Shown here piece by piece: positions 30,610 through 44,300 of a stretch of DNA of 64,000 bases. How positions within the stretch are numbered: the first letter of the stretch is position 1; every line of letters begins with the position of its first letter. Where the stretch lies: contig CM060732.1 in the NCBI GenBank assembly GCA_030704615.1, positions 20,088,001 to 20,152,000 on the forward strand. Direction: 5' to 3'. Both the position numbers and the translations under genes were made by a program. The notes beneath the pieces were generated by a model. It was given only the letters and a program-made list of their open reading frames with translations. It did no database searches and was not told where the DNA came from. The stretch is from Takakia lepidozioides. Taxonomy: Eukaryota; Plantae; Bryophyta.

Positions 30610-31067
30610 AAGGATGTACGCCAAGTGTTTGACAAAATGCCTGAACGAGATATGTTACGTGGACTTTCGTTATGGCAGGATATGCCAAGCACGGGAGTGT
30701 TGAGGAGGCTTTGAAGATCTACGATAGAGTGCAACGAGATGTGTCGATGCCCGACAGGGTCATGTTCACTTGTGTTCTCAATGTGTGTGCCAGCATAGGA
30801 GCCCTGGTAAAGGGGGAAGGATATGCATGCTGACATTATCAAAGCTGGAATTGCACCAGATATTATCCTGGAGAATACCCAAGGTTGTTGACATGGAGGA
30901 TGCACGGCAAGTGCTTGAAGGGCTATGAGCAAATGCAAAGGGAAGGGTTGACTCCTGACAGGGTCATGTTCATTTGTGTTCTTAGTGCATGTGCCAGCCT
31001 AGGAGACCTGGATAAGGGCAAAGAGATTCATGCGGACATTGTCAAAGTACACCGTCTTACCTTTTGA
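30610..31067 (+). pseudogene. PLS-class pentatricopeptide-repeat (PPR) gene fragment
   Basis: RQVFDKMPERD; GYAKHGSVEEALKIYDRVQ..PDRVMFTCVLNVCASIGALVKGKDMHADIIKAG; YEQMQREGLTPDRVMFICVLSACASLGDLDKGKEIHADIVK. Frameshifted and truncated. Confidence 0.85.
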
Positions 31068-31879
31068 CATTTATGCATCCTAGGGTTGAATGAGGATGCA
31101 ATTGTAGATGATATTGTCATGAAGAGATTGTTTTGTTTCTCTTTTGCTAATTGCATGTAATGAAGGACATGGACTTCCCATCTTGAAAGAATAATCTACA
31201 TGAGAAACTGCCTTTACGTTCCGACAGCTATTTTAGCCTCTTCTAGACTCCTCCCAACTACCCAAAGGCATTACCTCATTACAGCCTACAGTTGAAGGAT
31301 GGCAAAGATCTTTCGTGCTGCAAGCTCAAAAGAAAAATACTCACATGAGGACACCCTCACCACTTCCAACCCCCAAGTACTTCAGCCAACATGCCTCCGA
31401 GGCAGCGCGAGGATACTCGCAATCACCCTTGTGAGTGAACCATTGAAAAAAACTCGCATGAATAAATCAGAAGTATAGACTTGGCATTCAGCAACTGTGG
31501 TAGACGCTCTGACAACTACGAAACAGCCTCAAAAAGTAGTTCAAAATCACCTTCTGCAATCAGCACTTCACAACGCCATTTTTACCACTTCCACTCACAC
31601 ATACCAAGAACAAAGCAGATGTCTCTGGAAGGAGGTAAGTTTGTACACACAGAATCCAACTATTTCTGGCTCCCGGGTGAACGACCAATAGCAACTTTGG
31701 GAAAAAACCCCATGCCGTTAGCTGATTATTCCCACAGAGACGAGTGTCCTTATCATGTACTACTCCACATACTAATGTCAAATACAGGTAAAAAAACATG
31801 GTTTACCAAAATACCACCTACTTGCAGAACGAAACACCCACATCTCACACAATCGCTAGAAGAACAACAGAGGCCTTAG

Positions 31880-32140
31880 GGGTGACAGCACAGGCTTCAG
31901 GGGTGGTAGACAGTCATATACAACCTATCATAGTCTATCACGGCCATACACAGCCTTACATAGCCCGACACAGCCTTACGCAGTCAATCACAGCCTATCA
32001 CAGTTAGTCACAGTCTATCACACCTTGACACAGCTTCGCACAGCCAGTCATAGCACGACACAGCCCGACACAGCTTTACACAGCCAGTCACAGCTTGGCA
32101 TAGTCACAGCCCGACACAGCTTGGCACAGGCCGTCACAGC
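31880..32140. repeat. Short-period CACAGC/ACACAGC low-complexity repeat, probably LTR or leader sequence of the adjacent retroelement
   Basis: Directly visible ~10-bp iterations. Confidence 0.6.
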
Positions 32141-32679
32141 GTACATAGGGAACGGTTATCATTGGTAGGGAACGACTTTGTGGGAACGACATTTGCAGAG
32201 GGAACGTGTTACTTCTTGGGGTGACAGTTAGTTAGTTAGGCGGTTAGAACAGCTTGCATGTAGATGAGGCAGAGCAGCAAGGGGGGAGAGATCACTGGAC
32301 GGGAGCACTTCTTGGTCAGGAGTGGAGGAGATGAAGTGGAGAGCAAGAACGGAACCAAGGATGGAGAACACGGCGAAGATGGGAAGATGATTGGATCGAT
32401 GCTTGATTCATGCAAGCTGTAGAGTCGTACTGTAGAATAGATTAGAGACACTATGACTACGGCCTGATACTGAACAGAGATTAATATGATACACATTCCT
32501 TACCCACACCGTGTAGAGAGAACTGAGTAAAGCTGTGGAATGAATGGTTGAGCAATCGGAACCTGGTAGATTGCTGAAGCAAACTGTTTCTCAAATATAA
32601 ACAGTAAGGTAATATGCTGATATGAAGGCAAGAAAGAATACAAACAAGTAGCACTACCATGATACACCAGATGTAGGTC

Positions 32680-33375
32680 ATGACTGATTGTTCTGAGCGG
32701 GCTGAGTGCTTAGAGATATCCAACTCTTCTATTTTGGAGTTCCCTCCTCGGATAGCGAAGGGATGGGTGAGTAAAAGCCGCTCGACATTTGGCGACCATA
32801 TTGGGGAACTAAGTCAAGAACAACCAGATGTGACAGGCATCTGGTGGGATCATGGTGGTTGGAGAATTAAAGAATTTGATGTGAATCAAATTCCCTGTGG
32901 AACTGAGAAAGAAAGGTTGTCCAAACAATTCTTTCAGAGATTCTTGGAATTGCCAGACGGTTGTAAGGAAAACATTCTTAAGAGAGTGCATGATGCAGAT
33001 CCTGAGTGGGGTCTGGAGAAAGGAGTGATAAAGATTTATCAGGTGGCCTGTAGAGGGAGAGCAAGTTGGTTACCAACACTGGTCTATGTGATAGCGTTGC
33101 TATCCATTAAACGAGTGGAATTTGAAGGCTGGGAGGAACGGAAAGTGAATGTTTACACTCATATGCATGAAGAACTTGTACTTGTAAAGAATTGGATTCC
33201 CAAGGATATCTTATGGATCAAACTTACACCAAGAACAACTTTCCAAACGTGTTTGCCATATGGTTATATGGTAACAGAGACTTCTAGTATAGCCAAGGGT
33301 GCATTGAAGCTTGAAAGGAACCCAGGCATATACGAAAGATACTACAGGAGAGAGTTTTGGTTATTGCCTCATTGA
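32680..33375 (+). CDS. Hypothetical 231-aa ORF upstream of gag (possible accessory ORF of the LTR element)
   Basis: Long open frame with protein-like composition, on the same strand as gag. No motif recognised. Confidence 0.35.
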   Translation: MTDCSERAECLEISNSSILEFPPRIAKGWVSKSRSTFGDHIGELSQEQPDVTGIWWDHGGWRIKEFDVNQIPCGTEKERLSKQFFQRFLELPDGCKENILKRVHDADPEWGLEKGVIKIYQVACRGRASWLPTLVYVIALLSIKRVEFEGWEERKVNVYTHMHEELVLVKNWIPKDILWIKLTPRTTFQTCLPYGYMVTETSSIAKGALKLERNPGIYERYYRREFWLLPH

Positions 33376-33865
33376 AGATATGAAAGACATGGGACATGAG
33401 TGATGGAAGAGAAGCTAGACTTCACACATATTCAGCAAAAAAATAAAGTTATTTGAAAGCTAATTATCCATATCTTTGGGAGAGAGGAATAGACATATGG
33501 AATGGACCTCTCACACCATTAAGGTCGAAAAGTACATCACCCATACCGGAGGAACCAGAGTTGGATGCCACTCCTTCTTATTCTTTACAAGAAAGATTAA
33601 GGGATTTGGTACAGGAAGATGATTAGCCACGAGGAAAGAGATCTAAGGTACATCCCTGGATAAAAGATTTGACAGAAATCTTTGATAAGAGTTGGCATGG
33701 AACACCAAAAGCAGGAACTCCAGTTTCTAAAGCAGAAAACAAAGAAGGAGAGGAAGATGTGGCAGAGCCAATGGAGAGTTCAGACTCTCCAACACCATTG
33801 CAATTGAGTTACATGAGTGAAGAAGAGGAAAACCAAGAGAAGAACTTGGAAGATGAGAGAAGAAT

Positions 33866-34531
33866 TTGGAAGATGAAGAGTATGAAGAAGTAGACCCAAC
33901 AGTTGAGGTTGAGACTACAACCAAGACATCCCAACCTGTTGGACCTGGATTAAGTGGAGCACTTGGATCACAGGCCAACGAAGGTGTCGACTCAGGGGGA
34001 TCAGGCGGGCAGCTTGGATCTGGCTCTAGGGGGACAGGGAGTGTGGGAAGTAGTGCAACTGGAGCTGGGGATACTGAGAATACAGTGGGGCCGGTAGCAG
34101 GGAGTGCTCAGGGGCCAGCATCTGGTGGAAGATCCACCACTACAACAACAGGTCCTCGAGGACCAGCACCTGTCAGTGGGCAGGGTGTAGGGCCACAGAT
34201 GGCGGTACCTCCAACACGGGCAAAACCACCTTTTCTAATATACGCAGGGAAAGAGGATCATGATGTACACATTAGCCAATTTGAGCACATGTGTATTGTG
34301 AACAATGAGAATGGCGATGATGCCAAGATGAGACTGTTTCCTTGTTCACTTATCAAGAAAGCAAGTGAATGGTATGCAAGATTTCCAGGTAATCATTTCC
34401 TAACCTGGAATGGCCTTAGTACGGCATTCCGGAACAGGTTCAGGACAAGCAAAACTGAGGATGAAGTGTATGGAAGTTTACAACAGTTAAGGCAAAAGAA
34501 GCATGAAACTATTGAGGAGTACATGGAGCGA
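33866..34531 (+). mobile_element. Ty3/gypsy LTR-retrotransposon gag fragment, 3'-truncated
   Basis: YAGKEDHDVHISQFEHMC...AKMRLFPCSLIKKASEWY...TWNGLSTAFRNRF...LQQLRQKKHETIEEYMER is a Retrotrans_gag-type signature. It is cut ~30 bp before a CACTA-like terminus TAGTAGTG (34553-34560). Confidence 0.85.
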
Positions 34532-34644
34532 CAACTCACAAATCAGGCCCCTTAGTAGTGAGAGGAGAAAATAACCTCTTTTATTTATGCGCCAAGAGGC
34601 GTAGGAATGGGGCACCACACATGAACCATACCACACCCATCAAA

Positions 34645-34718
34645 GTAGCAAGATTTGACCCCAGAATCATCCGGGTCGCACTCAATGCACTTAACCAACT
34701 GAGCTACTGACTGTTGGT
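34645..34718 (-). other. tRNA-like/SINE head (Pol III A/B boxes), not a functional tRNA
   Basis: Minus strand CAGTAGCTCAGTTGGTTAAGTGCATTGAGTGCGACCCGGATGATTCTGGGGTCAAATC has a good A box and a degenerate B box. Confidence 0.5.
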
Positions 34719-34719
34719 A

Positions 34720-35340
34720 GATATTAAAAAATCGGAAAATTATGCGACCACCCCCTACGATCACCCCCTGCTGGTGGTCGCATCTATTAAAAAATCGGAA
34801 AATTATGCGACCACCCCCTACGATCACCCCCTGCTGGTGGTCGCATCTATTAAAGAAAAGGAAAATAGTGCGACCACCAGCAGGTGGTGGTCGCACCTAT
34901 TTGTTTTAAACAAAATTTCTGTGACCACCCCCATGCTGGTGGTCGCACCTATTTGTTTTAAACAAAATTTCTGCGACCACCCCCCATGCTGGTGGTCGCG
35001 CCTATTAAAAATAAAAAAATTATGCGACCACCTCCCTGCTGGTGGTCGCACCTATTAAAAATAAAAAAATCTGCGACCACCCCCCCCTACTGGTGGTCGC
35101 ACCCATAAAAACATAAAAAAAATCTGCATCAATTAATCTTGTTGTGTCGCACCCATTAAAAAAATAAAAATCTGCGACCACCCCCCTGCTGGTGGTCGCC
35201 CTATTAAAAAAATAAAACCACCCTTTGCGGTGGTCGCACCATTAAAAAAAATAAAATCTGCGACCACCCCCTGCTGGTGGTCGCACATAATAAAGAAAAG
35301 AAAAATGATGCGACCACCCCCTGCTGGCAATCGCAGCTAT
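34720..35340. repeat. Array of hairpin palindromes TGCGACCACC-(CCTGCT)-GGTGGTCGCA separated by A-tracts, ~50-bp period
   Basis: About 11-12 copies directly visible, followed by a TATA-like CTTATAAG at ~35396. Confidence 0.9.
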
Positions 35341-35765
35341 TACTAGCGTGCGCAGTCATGATGACAGCGCGCGCCCCGAGTGTGGAGGGGGGGGCTTATA
35401 AGGCCTTGGAGGCCATTCTCTCCCTGACTTTTCTCCACACCAGGACTTGGTAGGCGATGGGATGTTGCATTCATTGTCATTGAGTCCAAGTGGAGAGGGG
35501 TGCTATTGGTTGGGTGGGGGGGTATTTTGGGCCGTTGGTTTCTACGAAATCGATGTTGAGTACTTCCCGGGAAGCCCTCATCTGGCACCCACGTTTTTTT
35601 CATTGTACATTGCGTCATATCACTTAGAACTGCCGAGGGAGTGACACGTGCCTCTAGTACTTGGGGAGGATTCATTAGGGAGTAGGATTAGGTACGATTT
35701 AGGAGGGTTGGGAGAGCATTTTTTTTAGCAAACATCTGTCGAGTAGGGGTAAGCCAGAGCCATAA

Positions 35766-38043
35766 ATGGCGGAGGAGGAAGACAGAGGAGGTCATCCCAG
35801 GGATGACGATAATGAACCTGGACCTCCAAAAAAAAAACCAAAAGGGGCCAGACGCGAACTTCGTTGGGACATATACAGTGACCCCAACATTCTTGCGGAA
35901 CCACGTTGGGAAGTTTGGAAGTTGGGGCAGCGGTGGTCGCTTGGTGACTGTAGGAAATTTGTGGACTGGTGTCACATAAATCGTTTGTGGCCCAGAGATA
36001 GGCATGATCCACAAACCAAACAAAATCAAGCTAGCTTGCATTCCTGCGCCAACCCGCATTTCCGCCACAGGGCAGAGGAGGTACATACAACATTGCGGGG
36101 TCAACCGCTCGTCAACAACAAGGTCCCGTATTTATTTGCGGCCATGTCGTACACAAAGTTGATTTTATTGCGACCAGTGGATTGGCAAACTGCCACTGCG
36201 AGACAGCGTACTAGACTATACATGTTCTCTGATATCCCAGACTTGTATATACGTCAGGGGTAGGACATCATACGGTTGGATGGAAACGACGAGGTGGAAG
36301 AAGGAGGAAAAGCGGATGGAAAGACGATGTAGAAGAAGGAGGAAAGGCAGACCAACCTCCAGATTATATGCCGCAACAGGTCTCCGCAGCCGGGCCTTCA
36401 ACGTCTGAGGTGGAGGGGGGCGAGGTACGCTCTCCATTGGAGGAACAGTTGGCCACACATGAACAACACATCAAGGACCTGCAGGACATTGTTCATTTGC
36501 TACGGTGGCAAATAACGAAGTTGTTGAAAAGAATGGGGTTGGGGACTCTCGACAGCGTACGCGGTGTGCTTCAGGACCCGAGGCCAATCGCCAACGAGCA
36601 AGACATATTGGCGCGTTTGTATATGCCACCAATGGACATTGACCGCATCATCCACGGGGTTGACTCAATCGGGCATGGGAATGAAGTGCAAACGCCTGAA
36701 CTGGACCCGGCGAGGGTTGAGGAAGAAAAACTTGCGGCGGAGAGGGCAAGAAAAGGGAAGGACCCCATAGTGGAAACTGGGGAATTTTCAGTCGTGCAAA
36801 TTACATCGGTCCAAGAACAGGAATTAGAGCAGCTTGTGGGGGAACGCGAGCAAGCTAGGGCTGTTGCATATTGGTACTCAAATGCCATGCAAATCCGATC
36901 ATGGCCATGGTTGAAGGGGAATTGGCGGAATTGGGCGACATGGGCGGGCCATCTAGCATCGCGGGAAACACGGATAGAATAAACGTTGTCATCCCTCCAA
37001 CGTGCAGCACGTTTGTCGAATCGAAGCGTAGATAACATCTATGTTAATTTGCAAAGGCACGACACTCTGCGTGATGTATTCACGTCGAAGTACACTGGAT
37101 TCACCACATGCGGTGATGTGGATGCCATGTTTGAGCACTGTGTGCATACAATTTCCGATACCAATAAGAGCATAAACTGGGATTTGGGAGTAGAGGAGGA
37201 GTGGGACAGCAGACCGAGGATGTCATTCTACATTCATGAGGATAAACGGACGTGGATACCACGGAGCAATCCAGCGTTATGGGTAACAGATGGTACGGTG
37301 TGCACAATGTGCCTAAACCCTTACGAACCGGAGGGAAGCTATATGCTTGGTTCATGTGGCCATTTGTTCCATCTCGCATGTCTCATATCGGCAGCCATGC
37401 GAGCCAGCCAATGCCCTGACTGCCGTGGACCAATCCATCGACGTTTCTACGAGTTGTTTGGGTTGCAAGACAATATGCCCACGGGAGTACAAACCGGTAC
37501 AACATGCCATTGGATGTATCGCCTTACGATTTTTTAAATTGGCAGCACTGGGGGGAGATAATGACATGGGATGCTCTAAGAGAGATGTACGCCTTGGATG
37601 CGAAGACATTAACTAGGGTTAAAGATCCGGTGACCTTTTGGGTGACATTCAACTGGGAAATAACCGTGCGTGCTAGAGGCATACGGGACCCAGTCCAAAT
37701 GGAGTTATTTTGCCAGAACTTGGGAGGGCATTGGAGCTGTACCAGACAAAGATTCTTCCGACTGCCTGAGGATCCGTGGGTGCCAGCGGAAAACGACCCA
37801 TACAATCGCGAACCGATTGGGAGAGACCTATTTCTGAGGGAGTTGGAGGCCGCTAGCATCCGTTGGGAGGATATGAATGAGACGTACTGGGTGCCTCGTC
37901 GGGATGAAGGGCCATTTCTTCCAGAGGGCATGTACAATGCAATGGCAAAGTTTGAAAGCATTCAGAAATCGACATATCAAGTAACCATTGGTTCTTCCTG
38001 TGAACCATTTTTTATTGATCTCATACTTGTCTGGTCCATGTAA
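35766..38043 (+). pseudogene. TE-cargo gene with a RING-H2 zinc finger (putative E3 ligase), frameshifted across four ORFs
   Basis: Consecutive same-strand ORFs 35766-36263, 36368-36982, 36986-37537 and 37504-38043. CTMC..SCGHLFHLACL..QCPDCR fits the C3H2C3 RING-H2 pattern. Confidence 0.7.
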
Positions 38044-38149
38044 GAGGCATGTAGAACATACCGGCAAAATTTCAAATCATTCAAATTTTTTTTATCAATG
38101 AGCCTTTGATTTATCCTTTTCACCATTAACGATTAATCACAAATAAATG

Positions 38150-41100
38150 AACAGACCAATAAATCATTTGCCTCCAAATAATTTTGGTTCGCTTTGAGAC
38201 TTGGCCAGTATATTCAATGTACCATGGAAGAGGCCCCAGAGTAATATGAGATCAACCGAAATTTGTTCAATGGGCCGACGGATGGTTGCCCATCCAAATG
38301 ATTTTCATTCGCTTTGAGACTTGGCCAGTGTGTTCAATGTACCCTCTGATAGGTCCCACTGTAATATGAGATCAATCGAAATTTGTTCAATGGGCCAATA
38401 AGGCGTTCAGTTGTCATCTGGTTTTTGTTCATTGCGGAAAAAAAATCTTGCAATACGTGCACGGCTATTGCACCCATTGAACGGATGTGGTTGAAGCCCC
38501 TCTTTTGCCTGCATGTGCTTGAACATGTGCGGAGACACAACAGACGAATAAATCATTTGCCTCCCCATCGACACCAAGCCATTCCATAATGTAATTGAAT
38601 TTAAATTAATTTTAAGCCATTAAATAGGTTTGCACTGCCTTTCATTGGGGGTTTCTGCCACGTATCGATTTTGTTTTTGGCTCGATTTTGTTTTGCGGCT
38701 TCAAGCATCCCACGGCTACTCCCCCGCCAAAATTTGGACCAATAAAAAATGCCCCAAAAAAAAAATGTTCTCTTTGCTCACTATTGCAGAACTCTTTATG
38801 AAGAGTGCATAAAGTAGAGCACAAATCAAGTTTGGAGTGCAAAACGGGCAAGAAACTGCGGATTTGGGTCCAAATGAATTATGTTCACTCCCAAATCTGG
38901 CATGCACGTTGCATATGGCTATATTACACGCCCCATTCAAAAACAGAATGAAAAAAAAATCGTGAGCACGCAAAACACAGTCCAGCAGGTCCCAAAGCAA
39001 TAGCAGATCCAACATAATACATTCAACGGGTGAACGGATGGTTGCCCATCCAAATCATTTTTGTTTGCTTCCAAACTTTGCCAGTACGTTCGAGACACCC
39101 TCTCACAGGTCCCGGACTAATATCAGATCAATCGAAATTCATTTGATGGCTCAACGGATGGTTGGCCATCGAAATGATTTTGGTTCGCTTTGAGACTTGG
39201 CCAATATGTTCAATGTACCATGGAAGAGGCCCCAGAGTAATATGAGATCAACCGAAATTCGTTCAATGGGCCAACGGATGGTTGCCCATCCAAATGATTT
39301 TCGTTCGCTTTGAGACTTGGCCAGTGTGTTCAATGTACCCTCTGATAGGTCTCAGTGTAATATGAGATCAATCGAAATTCGTTCGATGGGCCGATGAGGC
39401 GTTCAGTTGTCATCTGGTTTTTGTTCCTTATGAAAAAGAAACCATGCAATGCGTGCACGGCTATTGCACCCATTGAACGGATGTGGTTGAAGCCCCATTT
39501 TTGCCCGCATGTGCTTGAACATGTGTGCGACACATGTGCGGAGACCCAACAGATGAATAAATCATTTGCCTCCCCATCGACACCAAGCCATTCCATAATG
39601 TAATTGAATTTTAAATTTTTTTAAGCCATTAAATAGGTTTGCACTGCCTTTCATTGGGGGTTTCTGACACGTATCGATTTTGTTTTTGGCTCGATTTTGT
39701 TTTGCGGCTTCAAGCATCCCACGGCTACTCCCCCGCCAAAATTTGGACCAATAAAAAATGCCCCAAAAAAAAAATGTTCTCTTCGCTCACTATTGCAGAA
39801 CTCTCTATGAAGAGTGCATAAAGTAGAGCACAAATCAAGTTTGGAGTGCAAAATGGGCAAGAAACTGCGGTTTTGGGTCCAAATGAATTTTGATCGCTCC
39901 CAAATTTGGCATGCATGTTGCATATGGAGTCATTACACGCCTCATTCAAAAACGGAATGAAAAAAAAAAACATGAGCACGCGAAACGCAGTCCAGCAGGT
40001 CCCAAAGTAATAGCAGATCCAACAAAATACATTCAATGGGTGAGCGGATGGTTGCCCATCCAAATCATTTTTGTTTGCTTCCAAACTTTGCCAGTATGTT
40101 TGAGACATCCTCTCACAGGTCCGGACTAATATCAGATCAATCAAAATTCATTCAATGGCTCAACGGATGGTTGGCCATCGAAATGATTTTGGTTCGCTTT
40201 GAGACTTGGCCACTATGTTCATTTAAGAGGCCGCATAGTAATATGAGATCAATCGAAATTCGTTCAGTAGGCCAACGGATGGTTGCCCATCCAAATGATT
40301 TACGTTGCATATGGAGTCATTACACGCCCCATTAAAAAACGGAATGAAAAAAAAAACATGAGCACGCGAAACGCAGTCCAACAGGTCCCAAATAAGCAGA
40401 TCCAACAGAATACATTCAATGGGTGAGCGGATGGTTGCCCATCCAAATCATTTTTGTTTGCTTCCAAACTTTGCCAGTACGTTTGAGACAACCTCTCACA
40501 GGTCCGGGACTAATATCAGATCAATCGAAATTCATTCAATGGCTCAACGAATGGGTCGCCATCGAAATAATTTTGGTTCGTTTTGAGACAGTATGTTCAA
40601 TGTACCATGGAAGAGGCCCCAGAGTAATATGAGATCAACCAAAATTCGTTCAATGGGCCGACGGATGGTTGCCCATTCAAATGATTTCGTTCGCTTTGAG
40701 ACTTGGCCAGTGTGTTCAATGTACCCTCTGATAGGTCCCAGTGTAATATGAGATCAATCGTTAACAATTAATCATGAATCATCCATTAGGGGAACTCTTG
40801 GTTCACCCTTTGAACCATTTAACATTGACATCATACTTGTCCAATAACTTTAAGAGGGCATGTACAAGACACTCGCAAAGTTTCAAATGAATTCAAAATC
40901 ATTTGGCAGGGGAATGATTGGTTTACCCATAGCCAATTTCAGGGGCTGAAATTGCCATTTATGGGGCTTGAATTGCCAATTTCAGGGGTTGGACTTGCAA
41001 TTTGAGGGGCTGACATTGCCATTCCAGGGGCTTCAATTGCCAATTTCAGGGGCTGCACTAGCAACTGCCATTTCAGCTATTTGCAATTTGAGGGCGGGAA

Positions 41101-42560
41101 TAGCCATTTCAGGGCAATTTGAGGGGTTGGAATTGACAATTTCAAGGGCTCAAATTACAATTTGAGGGGCGGCCGGGGTTGGTCATTTTAGGGACTGACA
41201 TTACCAATTTTAAGGGCTTGAATTGCATTTTGAATTGTAATTCAAGGGTTACAATGGGCCATTGGGGGGCTAGAATTACCAAAGCAATGACATCCAAAGC
41301 AATATAAAATCATTTGATAGCGGAATGATTGGTTCACCTTTCAACCATTTTTTATTCACGTCATACTTGTCCGGTACTTGTAGGAGGGCATGTGGCTGAC
41401 ACTTGCAAAGCTTCAAAGCAATGTAAAATCATTTGATAGGGGAACAATTGGTTCACCCTTTCAACTATATTTTACTGACCTCATACTTGTCCGGTACCTT
41501 TAAAATGGCATGTGAAAGACACTTGCAAAGCTTTAAAGCACTCCAAAATTATTTGATATGATCATGATTGATTCACCCTTTCAACCATTTTAGATTGACT
41601 TGAAACTTGTGAAAAACCTGTAAGAGGGCATGTACAAGACACTTGCAAAGTTTCAAATCAATTTAAAATCATTTGGTAGGGGGACGATTGGTTCACCCTT
41701 TAAACCATTTTAGATTGATGTCATACTTCTCAAAGACGTGTAAGAGGGCATGTAAAAGACACTTGCAAAGTTTCGGAGCAATAAAATATCATTTCATCGG
41801 GGAAGTTTCCGTTCACCATTTCATCCAATTTTGAATTGAACTGGATTTTTACTAAATAAAATGATTTAGAGGGCATAGGATTGTGGGGCGCAATGAGTGT
41901 GGGGCGCAATTAATTTGTTTTTGGCTTGATTTTGTTTTGTGAGTTGAACCCTCACACCACCACATCCTTGCTAAAAAATGTACCAAAGAAAAATGTTTGG
42001 AAAAAAACGTTCATCATTTGCTCTATGCTCACTATTGCAAACTCTCTATGAAGAGTGCATGAAGTTGAAGATAACTTCATCTTGGAGTGCAAATGAGGGA
42101 ATAAAATGTGTTTTGGATGCAGACGATGTCTGTTCATGGTAATATTTTGCGTGCAACTCTTCATGTTGTTATCAAGCACATGGCTTCAAAATGGAATTAA
42201 AAACAATTCATGTGCAGGCGAAAGGTTGTTTCTCCTTATGAATTTGAATAACCCATTCAAACAACTTTGTTGAAGTTCAATTTTGGTCCATATGTGCTTA
42301 AGTACGTACAAATCACGTACACAAAGTTGCAAGTGAAGAAATAATCATTTGCCCCCCGAACAACTCGTTAAACCTTTCAACCAATTTTCAATCATGAATC
42401 ATTTAATAGGGGAACTATTGGTTCACCCTTAGAACCATTTTAGATTGACCTCATACTTGTCCGGTAACTTAAAGAGGGCATGTACAAGACACTCCCAAAG
42501 TTTCAAATCAATCTAAAATCATTTGGCAGGGGAACGATTGGTTCACCCATTGACCCGGTG
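38150..42560. repeat. Internal satellite: ~996-bp tandem units built from ~116-120-bp subunits (38180-40760), then degenerate ~120-bp repeats
   Basis: TTCGCTTTGAGACTTGGCCA recurs at ~38188, 38308, 39185, 39305, 40193 and 40690. 38340-39000 is nearly identical to 39336-40010. Confidence 0.9.
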
Positions 42561-42721
42561 TACACTGTCACTCTTCAAGAGTGGGTGTGGTGCTTGATTA
42601 TCCCATATGATGGACCCAGGTGCCATGGCCAAGTAACAAACCATTAAAACATTATGGTACGACAAACACAATTGAAAACAACATTTATTCAAACGATGTA
42701 CAGTCAGAGGTCTACAAGTTT

Positions 42722-44300
42722 CTATCCATCCTCCAGCAATTTTTGGGCTCGGGCCAATTGAATAGCCCCGTCATGAAACGCTTCACAACATTTTCTAGTT
42801 TGTACCGCAACTCTACTGTGTCTACACACATGTTTCCAGAGCGGAAGCAAAACAGGTTCCAGTAGACATATTGTTGAACAGACTTGCATCGAACGTGTTA
42901 CCCCCATTTATTGCCTGGGCTATCTTCCCAATTGCAAAGGTCTCTGATGGCACGGTTAGAGGGGGCCTACGAGGTGTGCCATCTAACTGGTTGTTGGCTA
43001 CATTATGAACAATTGCAATTTCAGGTGCAATCCACCATCTATGTGCGAGAGTCTTTATCATCTTGTCTCTGCTCTCGAAAATGTACAACGTGATTTTTGG
43101 GTCATCCGTCGTGGAGGCCATCCCCCAATCGCATACCCCGATGTACACATCTTCAGACCCTTGTGGAAAATGCAACAAGATGTTGTCGGGGGACATGTCG
43201 TTGTGCAAGAGGTGGTGATTATGAACGTTGAGCATGATGTGCAAAAGCGCCCATGCCAATTGGGTCGGAATCGAACCAGTCAGTTGACCTCCTGCATTTC
43301 CTGCTCCGTCCCCCGTCGTTTCATTAACTCCCTGTTATCCCGATCATTCCCCCATTTTCTGTCAATACTCAACCATGATCGTATGGTCCCCCTATTCCAC
43401 CAATGTGTGTAACCTTCATTTCGATGTGGATGCAACGCAAAATACTTTATGATGCCGAAATGATGGAACTTTACAGCCAACGCCTCATTGTTATGTTGGA
43501 CTTTGGCATTCCCTGGGCGTTTTCCCTGCTAGCTCCCAAGATGGAGGAATGAATTGATCCCCAACAATTCTAACCCCCCCGAATTGTACCATACCCTCCC
43601 TGTTTGGGCGTCGAGTTGTTGTACATGTGCGTTTGTGGATATGTATCTCACGTTCAATGCCGCATCCGCGGACGAGGACCCTGCCTTCCCTGGGAGTGGT
43701 TTCGTACGTCGTTTGGCGTGGGCCTTTGCCATGTCAGACCACCAATCCACAAGCACAAACAACTCCTCCTCCGAAGTTGACATGCGACCTTCAGCTACAT
43801 GTGTTCTCGTAACAAACTTGTCCATGGTTTGCCTCAGATTCCATGTGGCATCATGGGCCCGGTCCTCCATCCATTTTGTGAACTGGAACTTCGCCCTGTC
43901 CTCCTCCCATTCATCCCCGGCCAAAGCCTCCCTCATTCTCATCTCCATATTGTGCTGGAATCTAAGGAACCTTTCATTCCCATGTCGGACATACAAAAGA
44001 TTCAAATGTAGTGTGAAAAGAAGGGGCGTGAATCCCCTTCTGTATAATTCTAATTGTGCTTCCTTCCATTCTAAGCGGAGCAAAAGAAAGAAGGTTCTTC
44101 TTTTCTGTCCTACTGTCGTCACTTGGCTGTGGGTTTCCCTCAGCTCCTTCGTGATCAGAGTTCAAGCAATCCTCATCCACGCCGCAGCGGAAGAGAAGAC
44201 ATGGATGGGGAGTCAAATTGTTGTTCACTCTTGGTTCTACCTTTTACACAACATCCTCTACCTGCAGGTACAGCACCAACTATGCTGCCACGATGTATTC
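42722..44300 (-). pseudogene. Protein kinase-like TE-cargo gene, frameshifted
   Basis: HNDMSPDNILLH (catalytic loop), IGVCDWGMA (DFG equivalent), WWIAPE (APE) and SETFAIGKI (alpha-F). Upstream ORFs 43280-43480 and 43529-44122 are on the same strand. Confidence 0.75.

Noticed and set aside
34645-34718. Functional tRNA gene
   Set aside because: B box is degenerate and there is no convincing acceptor stem; treated as a SINE-like head.
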